Notes: a model not told the origin generated them from the sequence alone. Shown: positions 41,424 through 50,862, counted from the first letter of the stretch. The stretch: DNA of 64,000 nt from Gemmatimonadota bacterium (GCA_012267505.1 JAAXGI010000155.1:484-64483); one strand, 5' to 3'. Numbers and translations are program-made.

Positions 41424-42569
41424 ATGATCTACCTTGACCACGCCGCCGCAACGCCGCTGCGGCGCGAGGTCGCGACGGCGATGGCTGAGATCGCACACGC
41501 GCCCTATGGGAACCCCTCATCGAGCCACGGATGGGGGCGGGCGGCAAGGGCCGCGCTCGAGGATGCGAGAGAGCGGGCGGCGCAGGCGCTCGCGACCGCG
41601 CCACGGCGCGTCCACTTCGTGCGGGGAGGGACGGAGTCGATCAATCTCGCGATTCTGGGCCGGGTGGATTGGGCGCTCGCATCGGGCCGCGCGCGCCCCT
41701 GGCTTCTGCGATCTACCCTCGAGCACTCGGCCGTCCGGGCGGCGATGGCGGCGGCTGAGGCGAGGGGGTGCATCGTCCAGACGATCGACGTGTCACCGAC
41801 CGCCGATATCGTCCTGCCCGCAGGAGGCGCGGGCGCGCTGCAGGGCGCGGCCCTCGTCTCCGTGCAGTGGGTGAACCAGGAAACTGGTCTTCGCCTTCCG
41901 GTCGAGGCGCTCGCCGAGTCGTGCGCGGAAGCAGGCGTGCCGCTCCACGTCGATGCGATCCAAGCGGGCGGGAAGCTCCACATCGACATGAGCGCGCATC
42001 CCATATCGGCGCTCAGCCTCTCGGGCCACAAGCTTGGAGGACCGGCGAGCACCGGGCTGCTCGTCCTCGCCGAAGGGGTCGAGCTCCACCCCCGTGTCTT
42101 CGGGGGCGGGCAGGAGCGCGGGCTCAGGCCCGGAACGGAGGACGTGGCCGGAGCCGTCGGATTCGCCGTGGCACTCGACATCTCCGTCCGGCAACTCGAG
42201 CGGGAGACCGTCCGACTCGCGGCGTTGCGCGAGCGGCTCGAGACCGGGCTTCTAGGGCGGCTTCCACGGCTCCGGGTCCACGGCGCGGAGGGGCCGCGGG
42301 CGCCGCACATCCTGAACGTCGGGGTCCCGGACACCAGCCCGGATCTCCTCCACGCGGCCCTCGACGGTGCGGGTATCGCGGCTTCCCCCGGAACAGCGTG
42401 CCGAAGCGGGGCGGTGACAGCGAGCCCGGTGCTCCGGGCGCTTTACGGCGAGGAGGCTACAAGGAACGCCCCCCTTCGGCTGTCGCTCGGGTGGCCATCG
42501 AAGCCGGGGGAGGTGGACCGGGCGGTCAAGACCGTTTCGGCGGTCGTCGAGGGATTCAGCGCACGATGA
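41424..42569 (+). CDS. Cysteine desulfurase (class V aminotransferase, NifS/IscS/YrvO-like)
   Basis: MIYLDHAAATPL...GNPSSSHGWGR...SLSGHKLGGP (PLP lysine)...TACRSG (active Cys). Its stop overlaps the mnmA ATG (ATGA). Confidence 0.9.
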   Translation: MIYLDHAAATPLRREVATAMAEIAHAPYGNPSSSHGWGRAARAALEDARERAAQALATAPRRVHFVRGGTESINLAILGRVDWALASGRARPWLLRSTLEHSAVRAAMAAAEARGCIVQTIDVSPTADIVLPAGGAGALQGAALVSVQWVNQETGLRLPVEALAESCAEAGVPLHVDAIQAGGKLHIDMSAHPISALSLSGHKLGGPASTGLLVLAEGVELHPRVFGGGQERGLRPGTEDVAGAVGFAVALDISVRQLERETVRLAALRERLETGLLGRLPRLRVHGAEGPRAPHILNVGVPDTSPDLLHAALDGAGIAASPGTACRSGAVTASPVLRALYGEEATRNAPLRLSLGWPSKPGEVDRAVKTVSAVVEGFSAR

Positions 42570-43666
42570 GAAGGCGAATCCTAGTCGCGATGTCGGGAGG
42601 CGTCGATTCGTCCGTCGCCGCCGCCCTCCTCGCCAGGGAGGGCCACGATGTCATCGGCGCCACGATGAAGACCTTCTGCTACCGCGAGACCCCGGGGCCC
42701 ACGAAGACGTGTTGCGGGCTCGACGGTATCACTGACGCGAGGCGCGTCGCGTCCCATCTCGGGATCCCCCACTACGTCTTCGACGTCGAGGAGGAGTTCA
42801 CGCGGGACGTCATCGACGATTTCGTGGGGGAGTACGGACGAGGACGGACACCGAATCCGTGTGTACGGTGCAATTCCAACACCAAGTTCCGCGACCTCCT
42901 CAGCCGTGCCGTGGCGCTCGGTTGCGATGGCATCGCAACCGGCCACTACGCGCGGCTGGAGCGCCGGGGCGCGCCGACGCTCCTGCGCGGTTCGGACCGG
43001 GAGAAGGACCAGTCCTACTTCCTCTGGGGCCTTCCTGCCGAGGCCCTGTCCCGGCTTCATTTCCCGCTGGGGGCACTCGGGAAGGGCGAGGTGCGGAAGC
43101 GGGCCAGAGACCTCGCTCTCGCGACGGCCGACAAGCCCGAATCCCAGGAGATCTGCTTCGTTCCCGTGGGCCACTACCGGCGCTTTCTCGAGACGCGGCT
43201 CCCTCCCGGCCACGCCGCCCTGACGCCCGGTCCGCTGATCACGACGCGCGGCGACGTCGTGGGGCAGCACCGCGGCTACGCCGGCTACACCGTCGGACAG
43301 CGGAAGGGACTCGGCGGAGGATTCAGCGAGCCCCTCTACGTTCTCGAGATCCGGCCCGCGACGCGCGAAATCGTGGTCGGCAGGCGCGAGGAGCTCTATT
43401 CCAGCCGCATGAGCGTCGGGGCCCTGAACTGGCTCGTCCCCGACCCACCCGGCGAGGGCAGGAGCGTCCGCGTACAGATCCGCCACCGGGCTCCCGATGC
43501 CCCCGCCGTGCTCCTGAGCGTCGGGGTGGGCAGCCTCGAACTCGAGTTCGAGACGCCCCAACGCAACGTAAGCCCCGGACAGTCAGCTGCGTTCTACGAT
43601 GGACCCGTGCTGCTCGGAGGCGGGCGCATCTCTGGATCGGCGCGCAAGGGAGCCGGCTCTCAGTAA
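42566..43666 (+). CDS. mnmA: tRNA 2-thiouridine(34) synthase
   Basis: From ATG 42566: MRRRILVAMSGGVDSSVAAALL (PP-loop)...RTPNPCVRCNSNTKF. The upstream part of track ORF 41768..43666 overlaps the desulfurase and is spurious. Confidence 0.95.
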   Translation: MRRRILVAMSGGVDSSVAAALLAREGHDVIGATMKTFCYRETPGPTKTCCGLDGITDARRVASHLGIPHYVFDVEEEFTRDVIDDFVGEYGRGRTPNPCVRCNSNTKFRDLLSRAVALGCDGIATGHYARLERRGAPTLLRGSDREKDQSYFLWGLPAEALSRLHFPLGALGKGEVRKRARDLALATADKPESQEICFVPVGHYRRFLETRLPPGHAALTPGPLITTRGDVVGQHRGYAGYTVGQRKGLGGGFSEPLYVLEIRPATREIVVGRREELYSSRMSVGALNWLVPDPPGEGRSVRVQIRHRAPDAPAVLLSVGVGSLELEFETPQRNVSPGQSAAFYDGPVLLGGGRISGSARKGAGSQ

Positions 43667-44760
43667 CGGAGCCCGGAAGCCCTAGCAAACTCCTGCATCC
43701 GCTTCCTCGCCTCCTCCGGAAGCTTTCCGGGAACCGTCACCTCCACCTCCACGATCTGATCGCCCCGCCTGCCGTTGCGGAGTACACCCTGGCCGCGGAT
43801 CCGGAACTTCGTTCCTGTCTGGGTCCCCGGCGGAATACGGAGAACGGCGTGGCGGCCGTCGACGGTCTTCACCCGGATCTTCGAGCCGAGGACCGCCTGC
43901 GCCACATTGATCTGGACGCTCACGCAGACGTTGTCTCCCTCTCGCCGGAAGAAGTGGTGCGGCTTGACCCGGAAGACCAGGATGAGATCCCCGGGTTCGC
44001 CGCCGGCGATTCCGCGCTCTCCCCTGCCGGCGATCCTCTGCCTCGAACCACTCTCAGTGCCCGCAGGAACCGAGACGTCGAGCTTCCTCTGCTGGCGTAC
44101 CGTGCCACGCCCCCGGCAGGAGAAGCAGGACACCTCCGGAATCGTGCCCCGCCCCATGCAGGCCGGACACGGCCGATTGACGGCGAATCCCCCTTGGCCG
44201 AACGAGACGACCCCGCTCCCGGCGCATTCTCCGCAGGTCCCGACGCCGCTCCCGGGACGCGCGCCCGATCCCGAACAGGTCGCGCACTCCTCGGTGATCG
44301 GAACCGTGACCGTGGTCCTGCCCCCGCGCGCGGCCTTCCTAAAGGAGAGGTCGACGGGGACTTCAACATCCCGGCCCTTCCGGGGCCCCGCTCCGCCCTG
44401 TCGGCGCCCCCGATCAAATATCGAGTTGAAGATATCGCCGAGCCCCCCGAGATCCTCGAAGGAGAAGCCGCCCCGTCCCGCCGGGCGACCTCCGGCGCCG
44501 GAAGCGTCCCTAGCCCTGCTCCCGGGGTCGAAGGCCCCGAGTCGCCGCATCCGGTCGTACTGCTTCCGTTTCGCGCCGTTTGAGAGTACGCCGTACGCCT
44601 CACTGATCGCCTTGAATCGCTCCGCAGCAGCCTCGTCGCCGGGATTCGCATCCGGATGGTACTGCTTGGCCAGCCCTCGGTAGGCTGCCCGGATCTCGTC
44701 GCGTCCGGCCTTCTCGGAGACGCCGAGAAGGTGATAGAAGTCCCGGAACGAGGTCGTCAT
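43660..44760 (-). CDS. dnaJ: Molecular chaperone DnaJ
   Basis: J domain (DFYHLLGVSEKAGRDEIRAAYRGLAKQYHPD), a G-rich linker, and four CxxCxGxG zinc motifs (CATCSGSG, CGECAGSG, CPACMGRG, CFSCRGRG). Confidence 0.93.
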   Translation of the reverse strand: MTTSFRDFYHLLGVSEKAGRDEIRAAYRGLAKQYHPDANPGDEAAAERFKAISEAYGVLSNGAKRKQYDRMRRLGAFDPGSRARDASGAGGRPAGRGGFSFEDLGGLGDIFNSIFDRGRRQGGAGPRKGRDVEVPVDLSFRKAARGGRTTVTVPITEECATCSGSGARPGSGVGTCGECAGSGVVSFGQGGFAVNRPCPACMGRGTIPEVSCFSCRGRGTVRQQRKLDVSVPAGTESGSRQRIAGRGERGIAGGEPGDLILVFRVKPHHFFRREGDNVCVSVQINVAQAVLGSKIRVKTVDGRHAVLRIPPGTQTGTKFRIRGQGVLRNGRRGDQIVEVEVTVPGKLPEEARKRMQEFARASGLRY

Positions 44761-44791
44761 GGTCGCGGACCGGGCACCGCGGCTGTCCGGC

Positions 44792-45403
44792 TCAACCGAA
44801 CTTCCGGACGCTCACGCGGGCAGGGCGCACCAGCTCACCCCTGAACAGGAAACCCTTGCGGAAAACCTGCTCGACTGTGTCGTCCTCGGCCTCGGAGTCG
44901 GCGGGAGCACGTGTCATCGCCTCCATCACGTTCGGGTCGAAGGATGCTCCGGATGCATCGACCTCCTTGAGGCCCGCCTCCTCGAGGAGCTGGAAGAGTT
45001 TCCGTTCCACGAGCACGATGCCTTCGAGGACGGCGGCCGCCGGGGTGGCCTCCGGGTCCAGCGCGGCAACCCCTTCCAAGTCGTCGAGTGCCTCGAGGAG
45101 GGAGGCGATGAGCCTCGCTTGGGCACGGATCCTCGAGTGCGCTAGCTCTGACCGGGACCGCTTCCGGTAGTTCTCGAATTCGGCCGCCAAGCGGAGGTGG
45201 CGATCGGTCAGCACCTCGAGCTCGCCCCGTAGCTCCGCGGCCTCATCGGTAACGGCTCCCTCGGGCTCGGCAATTCCGGAAGTGCCATCCCTGGGGGCCA
45301 GTTCCCCTTCACGAGGCGCCTCTGCGTCCGGCCCTTCGGGACCGCGAGAAGGGCCACCCCCCTCCTCGATCACGGGATCCGTCCTTTCCATCTGCTCTTC
45401 CAT
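44792..45403 (-). CDS. grpE: Nucleotide exchange factor GrpE
   Basis: From ATG 45403: ...LRLAAEFENYRKRSRSE...VFRKGFLFRGELVRPARVSV. The upstream part of track ORF 44792..45868 is not needed. Confidence 0.92.
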   Translation of the reverse strand: MEEQMERTDPVIEEGGGPSRGPEGPDAEAPREGELAPRDGTSGIAEPEGAVTDEAAELRGELEVLTDRHLRLAAEFENYRKRSRSELAHSRIRAQARLIASLLEALDDLEGVAALDPEATPAAAVLEGIVLVERKLFQLLEEAGLKEVDASGASFDPNVMEAMTRAPADSEAEDDTVEQVFRKGFLFRGELVRPARVSVRKFG

Positions 45404-45536
45404 CCGCCAGTCACACTCCCGTTGGCTGCCCGTCCGGCTTCCTCTGCCCGACGTCCGTCCGCTCGTGCCGCCACCGGCCAGCCGGCAGGGACACGGGCGG
45501 CGCCCAGTACCCTGATTCGGCGCCTCGAGTTCGGCG

Positions 45537-46043
45537 CTAGTCCCCGGTTCCGCCGGCACGCGGACCGGCAAGCAGCATCCCGAGTGCGTGCCAGACGGCC
45601 GCCTCGCGGACGGCCGCGCGGTCCCCGGGAAAGCGGGCCCGCGCCGTCCGGATCCCCTCCGGGTCGGAGACGGCGAACCAGACAGTTCCCACCGGCTTGG
45701 CCGGGAGTCCCCCTCCGGGGCCCGCGATGCCCGTGACGGCGAGTCCGACATCTGCCCGGAATACGCGGGCCACGCCCCGCGCCATCTGGGTGGCCACCTC
45801 CGCCGAGACTGCTCCCCACCTGCGGATCGCCGCCTCTTCCACTCCGAGGATGTCGACCTTGGCCGCATCGGCGTACGTGACGAATGCCCCGTTCATATAG
45901 AGAGAACTCCCGGGAAGATCGGTGAGGCGCGTCGAGACGAGGCCGCCCGTGCAACTCTCGGCGACGGCAAGCCGCCACTCCCTCGCGCTGAAGGTCTCGG
46001 AGATCCGGCCAAGGAGTGCGGGCCCACGATCAGGGCGAGTCAT
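45537..46043 (-). CDS. pncC: Nicotinamide-nucleotide amidohydrolase (CinA C-terminal domain only)
   Basis: From ATG 46043: REWRLAVAESCTGGLVSTRLTDLPGSS...LAVTGIAGPGGG. The ATG overlaps the pgsA stop (ATGA). Confidence 0.9.
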   Translation of the reverse strand: MTRPDRGPALLGRISETFSAREWRLAVAESCTGGLVSTRLTDLPGSSLYMNGAFVTYADAAKVDILGVEEAAIRRWGAVSAEVATQMARGVARVFRADVGLAVTGIAGPGGGLPAKPVGTVWFAVSDPEGIRTARARFPGDRAAVREAAVWHALGMLLAGPRAGGTGD

Positions 46044-46729
46044 TGATGGCGAAGGAGCTGGCGGTTCTCCCGGTAATAGACCCCCATGGAGTAGACGGTA
46101 AGCACCAAGGCGACGACTAGCGTAAGCGCCGTGACGGCCTGGTGGAACCAGCTCCAGACGATCCAACCCAGCGTCTCTTCCCAGCCCCACTCCGGAGCCA
46201 TCCGGGCAAGCACGTACCAGAGAAGGAGCGATCCACAGAAGACGTTCTGGATGAAGGCCTTGATCTTGCCGGAAGGCCCCGCGGAGAGGACGGACCCACG
46301 ACGCAGTGCCCAGCCCCGGAAGAGCGTCACGACGATCTCGCGCCCGAAGATCACGGCGAGCACCCAGAGGGGGAGTGCGCCCCACCAGGGAATCTCGTTG
46401 ACCGCACCCGGCCGGTGCGACACGACGTAGAAAGGGACGAGGGTCGAGACGGTCAGTAGCTTGTCTGCAACCGGATCGAGGAGCTTCCCTGCATCGGTGA
46501 TCCAGCCGTGCTTGCGCGCAAGGTAGCCGTCCCAGAGATCGCTGAGCGCGGCCGAGACGAAGACCAAGAACGCCAGGGCCAGCCGTGCCGGGTCCGGCGA
46601 CAGGATCAGGACTACGAGAACTGGGCACGCGACGATCCGTGCGACCGTGATAACGTTCGGGAGATCGAGCCGGCGTAGCACCATCGGAAAACGCGGTTTC
46701 GGGTTCGTCGCCGCAGACGGGCCGGACAC
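46040..46729 (-). CDS. pgsA: CDP-diacylglycerol--glycerol-3-phosphate 3-phosphatidyltransferase
   Basis: LPNVITVARI...ALSDLWDGYLARKHGWITDAGKLLDPVADK is the CDP-alcohol phosphatidyltransferase motif. An alternative start is ATG 46684 (MVLRRLDLPN). Confidence 0.92.
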   Translation of the reverse strand: MSGPSAATNPKPRFPMVLRRLDLPNVITVARIVACPVLVVLILSPDPARLALAFLVFVSAALSDLWDGYLARKHGWITDAGKLLDPVADKLLTVSTLVPFYVVSHRPGAVNEIPWWGALPLWVLAVIFGREIVVTLFRGWALRRGSVLSAGPSGKIKAFIQNVFCGSLLLWYVLARMAPEWGWEETLGWIVWSWFHQAVTALTLVVALVLTVYSMGVYYRENRQLLRHQ

Positions 46730-46763
46730 TTACGGAATCCGCGGCTCGGGCGACTCCGGCAGC

Positions 46764-47090
46764 CTATCCCGCCGGCTTCTCGACCGGACCTGCCAGTTCC
46801 CGGGCACGTCGCTCCATACGTTCAACGATCGCCGCAGCCCGCTCGCGAAGAAGACGCCGCGGTTCCCACGCGACGTAGTCTCTCAGCAGGTTGATCTGAT
46901 CTGCGCTCGGGTCCTGGCGCGCGACGTGCTCAAGCGCGGCCATGCGCCGGATCGCCAGTGGGTTGAATAGGTTGCGGCGCTGCCGGCTGATCTGGTCGCG
47001 CACGAGGAGGGCCGCGACTGTTCCGACGACCACGACCGCGGCCGCAGTGATCCCCGTCACCTTCAGCAGCCGTTTGGTATCGTCCTCCAT
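46764..47090 (-). CDS. Small hypothetical membrane protein
   Basis: From ATG 47090: MEDDTKRLLKVTGITAAAVVVVGTVAALLV then a charged helical tail. The start of track ORF 46764..47159 would overlap recR. Confidence 0.6.
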   Translation of the reverse strand: MEDDTKRLLKVTGITAAAVVVVGTVAALLVRDQISRQRRNLFNPLAIRRMAALEHVARQDPSADQINLLRDYVAWEPRRLLRERAAAIVERMERRARELAGPVEKPAG

Positions 47091-47124
47091 CACCTCCTCC
47101 GCAGGTGGGAACGCTGGCGTCGGG

Positions 47125-47718
47125 CTACATCTCCCGCCGACCTGAGAGCGCCTCGGCAAGCGTGGACCCGTTCACATACGCGAGATCGCTCCCGACTGGG
47201 AGCCCCCGGGCAAGACGCGTGACGCGGGGGCCGAGGGGCCGAATTGTCTGCTCAAGGTAGACCGCTGTAGCCTCACCCTCAACGGATGAATTCGTTGCCA
47301 GAATCACCTCCCTGAGCTCGCCGTTCGAGGTCCGGACCCGTTCAATGAGCAGCGCTATGCGGAGCTCGTCGGGCCCGATCCCGTCCAAGGGGGAGAGTAC
47401 ACCGCCGAGGACGTGGAAGAGACCCGGGAACCGGCCCGTCCTGTCGATCGACCGCACATCAAATGGGCTTTCGACGACGCATACAACGGCACGGTCCCGG
47501 CGGCTGTCCGCGCAGATCGTGCAGATCGCCGACTCCGCAAAGTTCCCGCACACGTCGCACGACCGGACACGTTCGATCATCTCGATGATTGAGCCCGCGA
47601 GCTGCCGCGCCTGCCCCGGAGGGCTTCTCAGCAGGTGATAGACGAGGCGGATGGCTGTTCTGGGTCCGATGCCCGGCAGACGGCGGAACTCCCGCGCAGC
47701 CTCGTCGATGGCCGACAT
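47125..47718 (-). CDS. recR: Recombination protein RecR
   Basis: LPGIGPRTAIRLVYHLL (HhH), CDVCGNFAESAICTIC (zinc finger) and a Toprim region. Confidence 0.95.
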   Translation of the reverse strand: MSAIDEAAREFRRLPGIGPRTAIRLVYHLLRSPPGQARQLAGSIIEMIERVRSCDVCGNFAESAICTICADSRRDRAVVCVVESPFDVRSIDRTGRFPGLFHVLGGVLSPLDGIGPDELRIALLIERVRTSNGELREVILATNSSVEGEATAVYLEQTIRPLGPRVTRLARGLPVGSDLAYVNGSTLAEALSGRREM

Positions 47719-47724
47719 GGACAG

Positions 47725-48045
47725 CTAGAGGAGCCCGGGCAGCTTGATCGGAAGGGGGAGGCCTCCCGTGAATCTCTTCATCTCGTCCTCGTAGACGGCG
47801 CGGGCTTGGTTCTGCGCTTCCGACACGGCAGCCAGGACCAGATCCTCGAGCATCTCCACATCGGCGGTATCCACGCTCGCCGGATCGATCGCGATGCGCC
47901 TGAGCGACCCCTTTCCGTCGACGACCGCCGTGACCATGCCGCCGCCCGACGAGGCCGTAATTTCCCTAGTTCCCAGGCTCTCCTGGATCTCCGAGATCTG
48001 GTCCTGAATCTGCTGGCCCATCTGGAGCAGGTTCTGGATATTCAT
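47725..48045 (-). CDS. ybaB: Nucleoid-associated protein YbaB/EbfC
   Basis: 106 aa: MNIQNLLQMGQQIQDQISEIQESL...GGGMVTAVVDGKGSLRRIAIDP. Confidence 0.93.
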   Translation of the reverse strand: MNIQNLLQMGQQIQDQISEIQESLGTREITASSGGGMVTAVVDGKGSLRRIAIDPASVDTADVEMLEDLVLAAVSEAQNQARAVYEDEMKRFTGGLPLPIKLPGLL

Positions 48046-48139
48046 CCGGGCGCGTCCTCATGATCATGATCCGGGCGGCTTGCATTCGACGGGCGGAAAC
48101 GGCCGGGCCGGGGAGACCGTCTGCGCACGCCAGACCCCG

Positions 48140-49771
48140 TCAGTCCACCAGCTCGAGGTCGAGCACTTCTACCGCGGGCCTGAGCCCCGGTTCCCGCTCA
48201 AGGAGGTCTCCGAGCCTCTCTCCTCCGGACCCGGAGGGGGCGCCTCCCGCTTGCCGCACGTCCGCCGGGAGATCGATAGCGCGCAGGCGCACAGGAATCG
48301 GGCGGCCGGCCGCGCGGCCGAGCGCCTCCTCAAGCGCCTTGCCCTCACCGGCATTCAGACGGTCCAGATGCGGGCCCGGAATCATCCGGAGCTCGAGCCC
48401 TCCGGCCCCGTCGACGCGCGCGTCGGCCGCGTGGAGCACCGTGCGCATCCCGTCCGGGAGCCCTCGGCCCCGGGCAAGGAAGCGTCGCCAGTAGGCGAGA
48501 GGGTCCGCCGGCAGGTCCTCTGATGGCGGCGCACGCGGTGGGGACACGGGAGGGCGGCGGGCGGGCGGAGGAGCAGCCTGCACCCGGCTCTGGCTCGCAT
48601 CCGGATCCGCGCGTTTGCCGGCTTTTCCCCCGAGAGCACCAAAGAGTTCCTCAAGCTTGAGCGTGCGGTCCAGATAGGTGAAGCGAAGCAGGAGCAACTC
48701 GATGAGCACCCTCGGCTGCGCGGTCCTCCGGAGGCTGCCGCCGAGTTCAACCTCGGCTGCCATGCCCAGCATACGGACGAGGTCGGCGGCCTCGAAGCGC
48801 CGGGCCAGGGCTTCCCATCTGGCACGGGAGTCTCCAGGACGCTCCGCCTGGACGTGTGCCCCGAGCCGAGCGCGAAGCATGAGCCGGAGCGCTTCCATCA
48901 GTCCGAAGTAGAACTCGATCAGGTCGGAGCCATCGTCGAGGAGCTCCTGCACAAGCTCGAACACTCCGAGGCGGTCGCGGTCGCTCAGGAGCTCGAAGAG
49001 CGTCCGGTATCGCTCCTCCCCGATGACACCGAGCACATGTCCCACCAACTCGCTTGTCAGCCCGTCATCCGAGAGGGCGAGAACCTGGTCGAGGATCGAG
49101 AGCGCGTCGCGCATCCCTCCATCCGCCTTACGCGCGATGAGAGTGAGCACGTCGTCCGGCGCCTCGGCAGACTCCGCCCTGAGCACTTCCTTCAGCCGGG
49201 CCACAATATCGGCCACGCCGAGCCTGCGGAAATCAAAGCGCTGACAGCGCGAGAGGATCGGGGCAGCCCTCTGCTCGATCTTCTGCGGCTCGGTCGTGGC
49301 GAAGATGAAGACGACGCGGGGCGGGGGTTCCTCCAAGATCTTGAGGAGCGCGTTCCAAGCCTCCCGGGTGAGCATGTGGGCCTCGTCGACGATGTAGACC
49401 TTGGTTCGTCCCTCATCCGAAGGGGCGTACATCGCCCGCTCCCTGAGATCCCGGGCGTCGTCGACCCCCCGGTTCGACGCAGCGTCGATCTCAACCACGT
49501 CGAGGGCCGTCGCCCCGTTCCAGATCGCGAGGCAGTTCTCGCATGCCCCACAGGGCTCGCCGGTTTCCTCCCGGTCCGCGCAGTTGAGAGCCATCGCGAG
49601 CACCCGCGCTAGCGTCGTCTTCCCGACGCCGCGGGGTCCACAGAAGAGGTAGGCATGGCCGACCCGGTCGCCGTGAATGGCACGGCGGAGCGTCTCGGAG
49701 ACGTGCTGTTGGACCACGACTTCCGAGAAGCTCCGCGGCCGGTACCTACGGGCGAGGGCGGTGTGTGTCAC
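48140..49771 (-). CDS. dnaX: DNA polymerase III subunit gamma/tau
   Basis: GTG 49771: HAYLFCGPRGVGKTTLARVLAMALNC...CGACENC...VYIVDEAHML. It sits in dnaX-ybaB-recR order. Confidence 0.95.
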   Translation of the reverse strand: MTHTALARRYRPRSFSEVVVQQHVSETLRRAIHGDRVGHAYLFCGPRGVGKTTLARVLAMALNCADREETGEPCGACENCLAIWNGATALDVVEIDAASNRGVDDARDLRERAMYAPSDEGRTKVYIVDEAHMLTREAWNALLKILEEPPPRVVFIFATTEPQKIEQRAAPILSRCQRFDFRRLGVADIVARLKEVLRAESAEAPDDVLTLIARKADGGMRDALSILDQVLALSDDGLTSELVGHVLGVIGEERYRTLFELLSDRDRLGVFELVQELLDDGSDLIEFYFGLMEALRLMLRARLGAHVQAERPGDSRARWEALARRFEAADLVRMLGMAAEVELGGSLRRTAQPRVLIELLLLRFTYLDRTLKLEELFGALGGKAGKRADPDASQSRVQAAPPPARRPPVSPPRAPPSEDLPADPLAYWRRFLARGRGLPDGMRTVLHAADARVDGAGGLELRMIPGPHLDRLNAGEGKALEEALGRAAGRPIPVRLRAIDLPADVRQAGGAPSGSGGERLGDLLEREPGLRPAVEVLDLELVD

Positions 49772-49816
49772 GGATTCGCGCGGGCGGCGGGTCGGCGCGG
49801 TGCGGGATCAGAGAAA

Positions 49817-49916
49817 GTGCCCCAAGCGGATCACAGCGCCGGTCACCACGCTTACCGCTGCTACCGGCGAGGTCCTGACGGGGTTCACGGGCTTGCGACC
49901 TGTGGGCCTGGGGCAC
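49817..49916 (-). ncRNA. ffs: Signal recognition particle RNA (small 4.5S type)
   Basis: The reverse complement reads GUGCCCCAGGCCCACAGG...CCCCGUCAGGACCUCGCCGGUAGCAGCGG...CUGUGAUCCGCUUGGGGCAC. The 5' and 3' ends pair (GUGCCCCAGGC with GCUUGGGGCAC). The domain IV core is GUCAGG...AGCAGC around a 3-bp stem. It occupies the classic position immediately upstream of dnaX, with a promoter-like element upstream and UUUCUCU after the 3' end. The ends are approximate. Confidence 0.72.
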
Positions 49917-49922
49917 GCCAGC

Positions 49923-49952
49923 AAGCTATCCCGGCCCTGCCGAACACGTCAA
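49923..49952 (-). promoter_or_regulatory. Candidate promoter of ffs
   Basis: On the minus strand: TTGACG (49952..49947), an 18-nt spacer, then TAGCTT (49928..49923). This places the start about 7 nt downstream, at the predicted RNA 5' end. Confidence 0.45.
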
Positions 49953-50085
49953 CGCCGAGGGAGAGCTGTCCCGCGGGGACATTCCTGCCGGGAGGATGGC
50001 ACCGCCAGATAGCGTCCGGCACACCGGGCAGAGTGAGCACGGCGCTCCCGTTCGGCCGTCTCCCTTTTCCTTCCCGCCCTCCGGA

Positions 50086-50862
50086 CTACGGCATTGGTGT
50101 AAGCTCCCTCACCAAGCCGTCCGTTCCGACATCGATGCCACCGGCGAAACCTGCCGCCCGAATGACGGCAACAGCCTCATCCGGGTCGACGGTGGGATAC
50201 ATGTGTGTGAGCACGAGACGGCGTGCCCCGGCCGCGAGAGCCAGATCAGCCACTTGGCCCGGAGACAGGTGGTTGCAGTGGGGTGACCCGTCCGGCACGG
50301 AACACTCCGAGATGAGGAGATCCACGCCCGAGAAGAAGGAACCGAGCGGGGTATGCGCGCCGGTATCGCCCGTGTAGCCGACCGCGCACCCACCACCATC
50401 CAGACGGAAGGCGAGGGACTCGCTGGTGTGGACTGTACCGTGGGCCCGTATTCCAATCGCGCCACTTCCGAGCGTCCGGCATCCCCCCGGCTCGAGTTCC
50501 ACTACCTCAAGCGGGCTGCCCGGCTCAAGGACGTAGTCACCGTACGCGACGCTCATAGCCTCGAGGACTCTCCGCATGCCGCACGGCCCGACCACTGTTC
50601 TCCGCATACCATGCCACGGGCCGGCACCGTGTGTCCACGCCCAGAGGAGGGCGGGAAGGTCGCCCATGTGGTCTGTGTGGAAGTGCGTGATTGCAACATG
50701 GGAAATCGCCCGCCATTCGCGTCCGTCCCGGTCCAGACCATGCACGGAGCCGGGGCCACAGTCGAGCAGGATCCTCTGGTCGCCGTACTCGACGAGGTGT
50801 GCGGGCGAGCGATGACGATCATTCGGAAGGAGTGTTCCCGAGCCGACGACGGTGACTCGCAC
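50086..50862 (-). CDS. MBL-fold metallo-hydrolase (RNase Z/BN-like)
   Basis: From GTG 50862 (AAAGG 8 nt upstream): VRVTVVGSGTLLPNDRHRSPAHLV...ITHFHTDHMGDL (HxHxDH). The 111 codons upstream in track ORF 50086..51195 are not protein-like. Confidence 0.85.
   Translation of the reverse strand: MRVTVVGSGTLLPNDRHRSPAHLVEYGDQRILLDCGPGSVHGLDRDGREWRAISHVAITHFHTDHMGDLPALLWAWTHGAGPWHGMRRTVVGPCGMRRVLEAMSVAYGDYVLEPGSPLEVVELEPGGCRTLGSGAIGIRAHGTVHTSESLAFRLDGGGCAVGYTGDTGAHTPLGSFFSGVDLLISECSVPDGSPHCNHLSPGQVADLALAAGARRLVLTHMYPTVDPDEAVAVIRAAGFAGGIDVGTDGLVRELTPMP

Noticed and set aside
45404-45536. A CIRCE/HrcA operator or sigma32 promoter upstream of grpE.
   Set aside because: I could find no TTAGCACTC-N9-GAGTGCTAA and no CTTGAA...CCCCAT pattern. 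Only a short direct repeat/hairpin is present, and it is reported separately.
48140-49771. A programmed frameshift or transcriptional slippage site in dnaX (gamma versus tau).
   Set aside because: There is no A AAA AAG-type heptamer or long A-run anywhere in the gene. The only near candidate (GGGGGAAAAGCC, about 48610-48625) lacks a slippery pattern.
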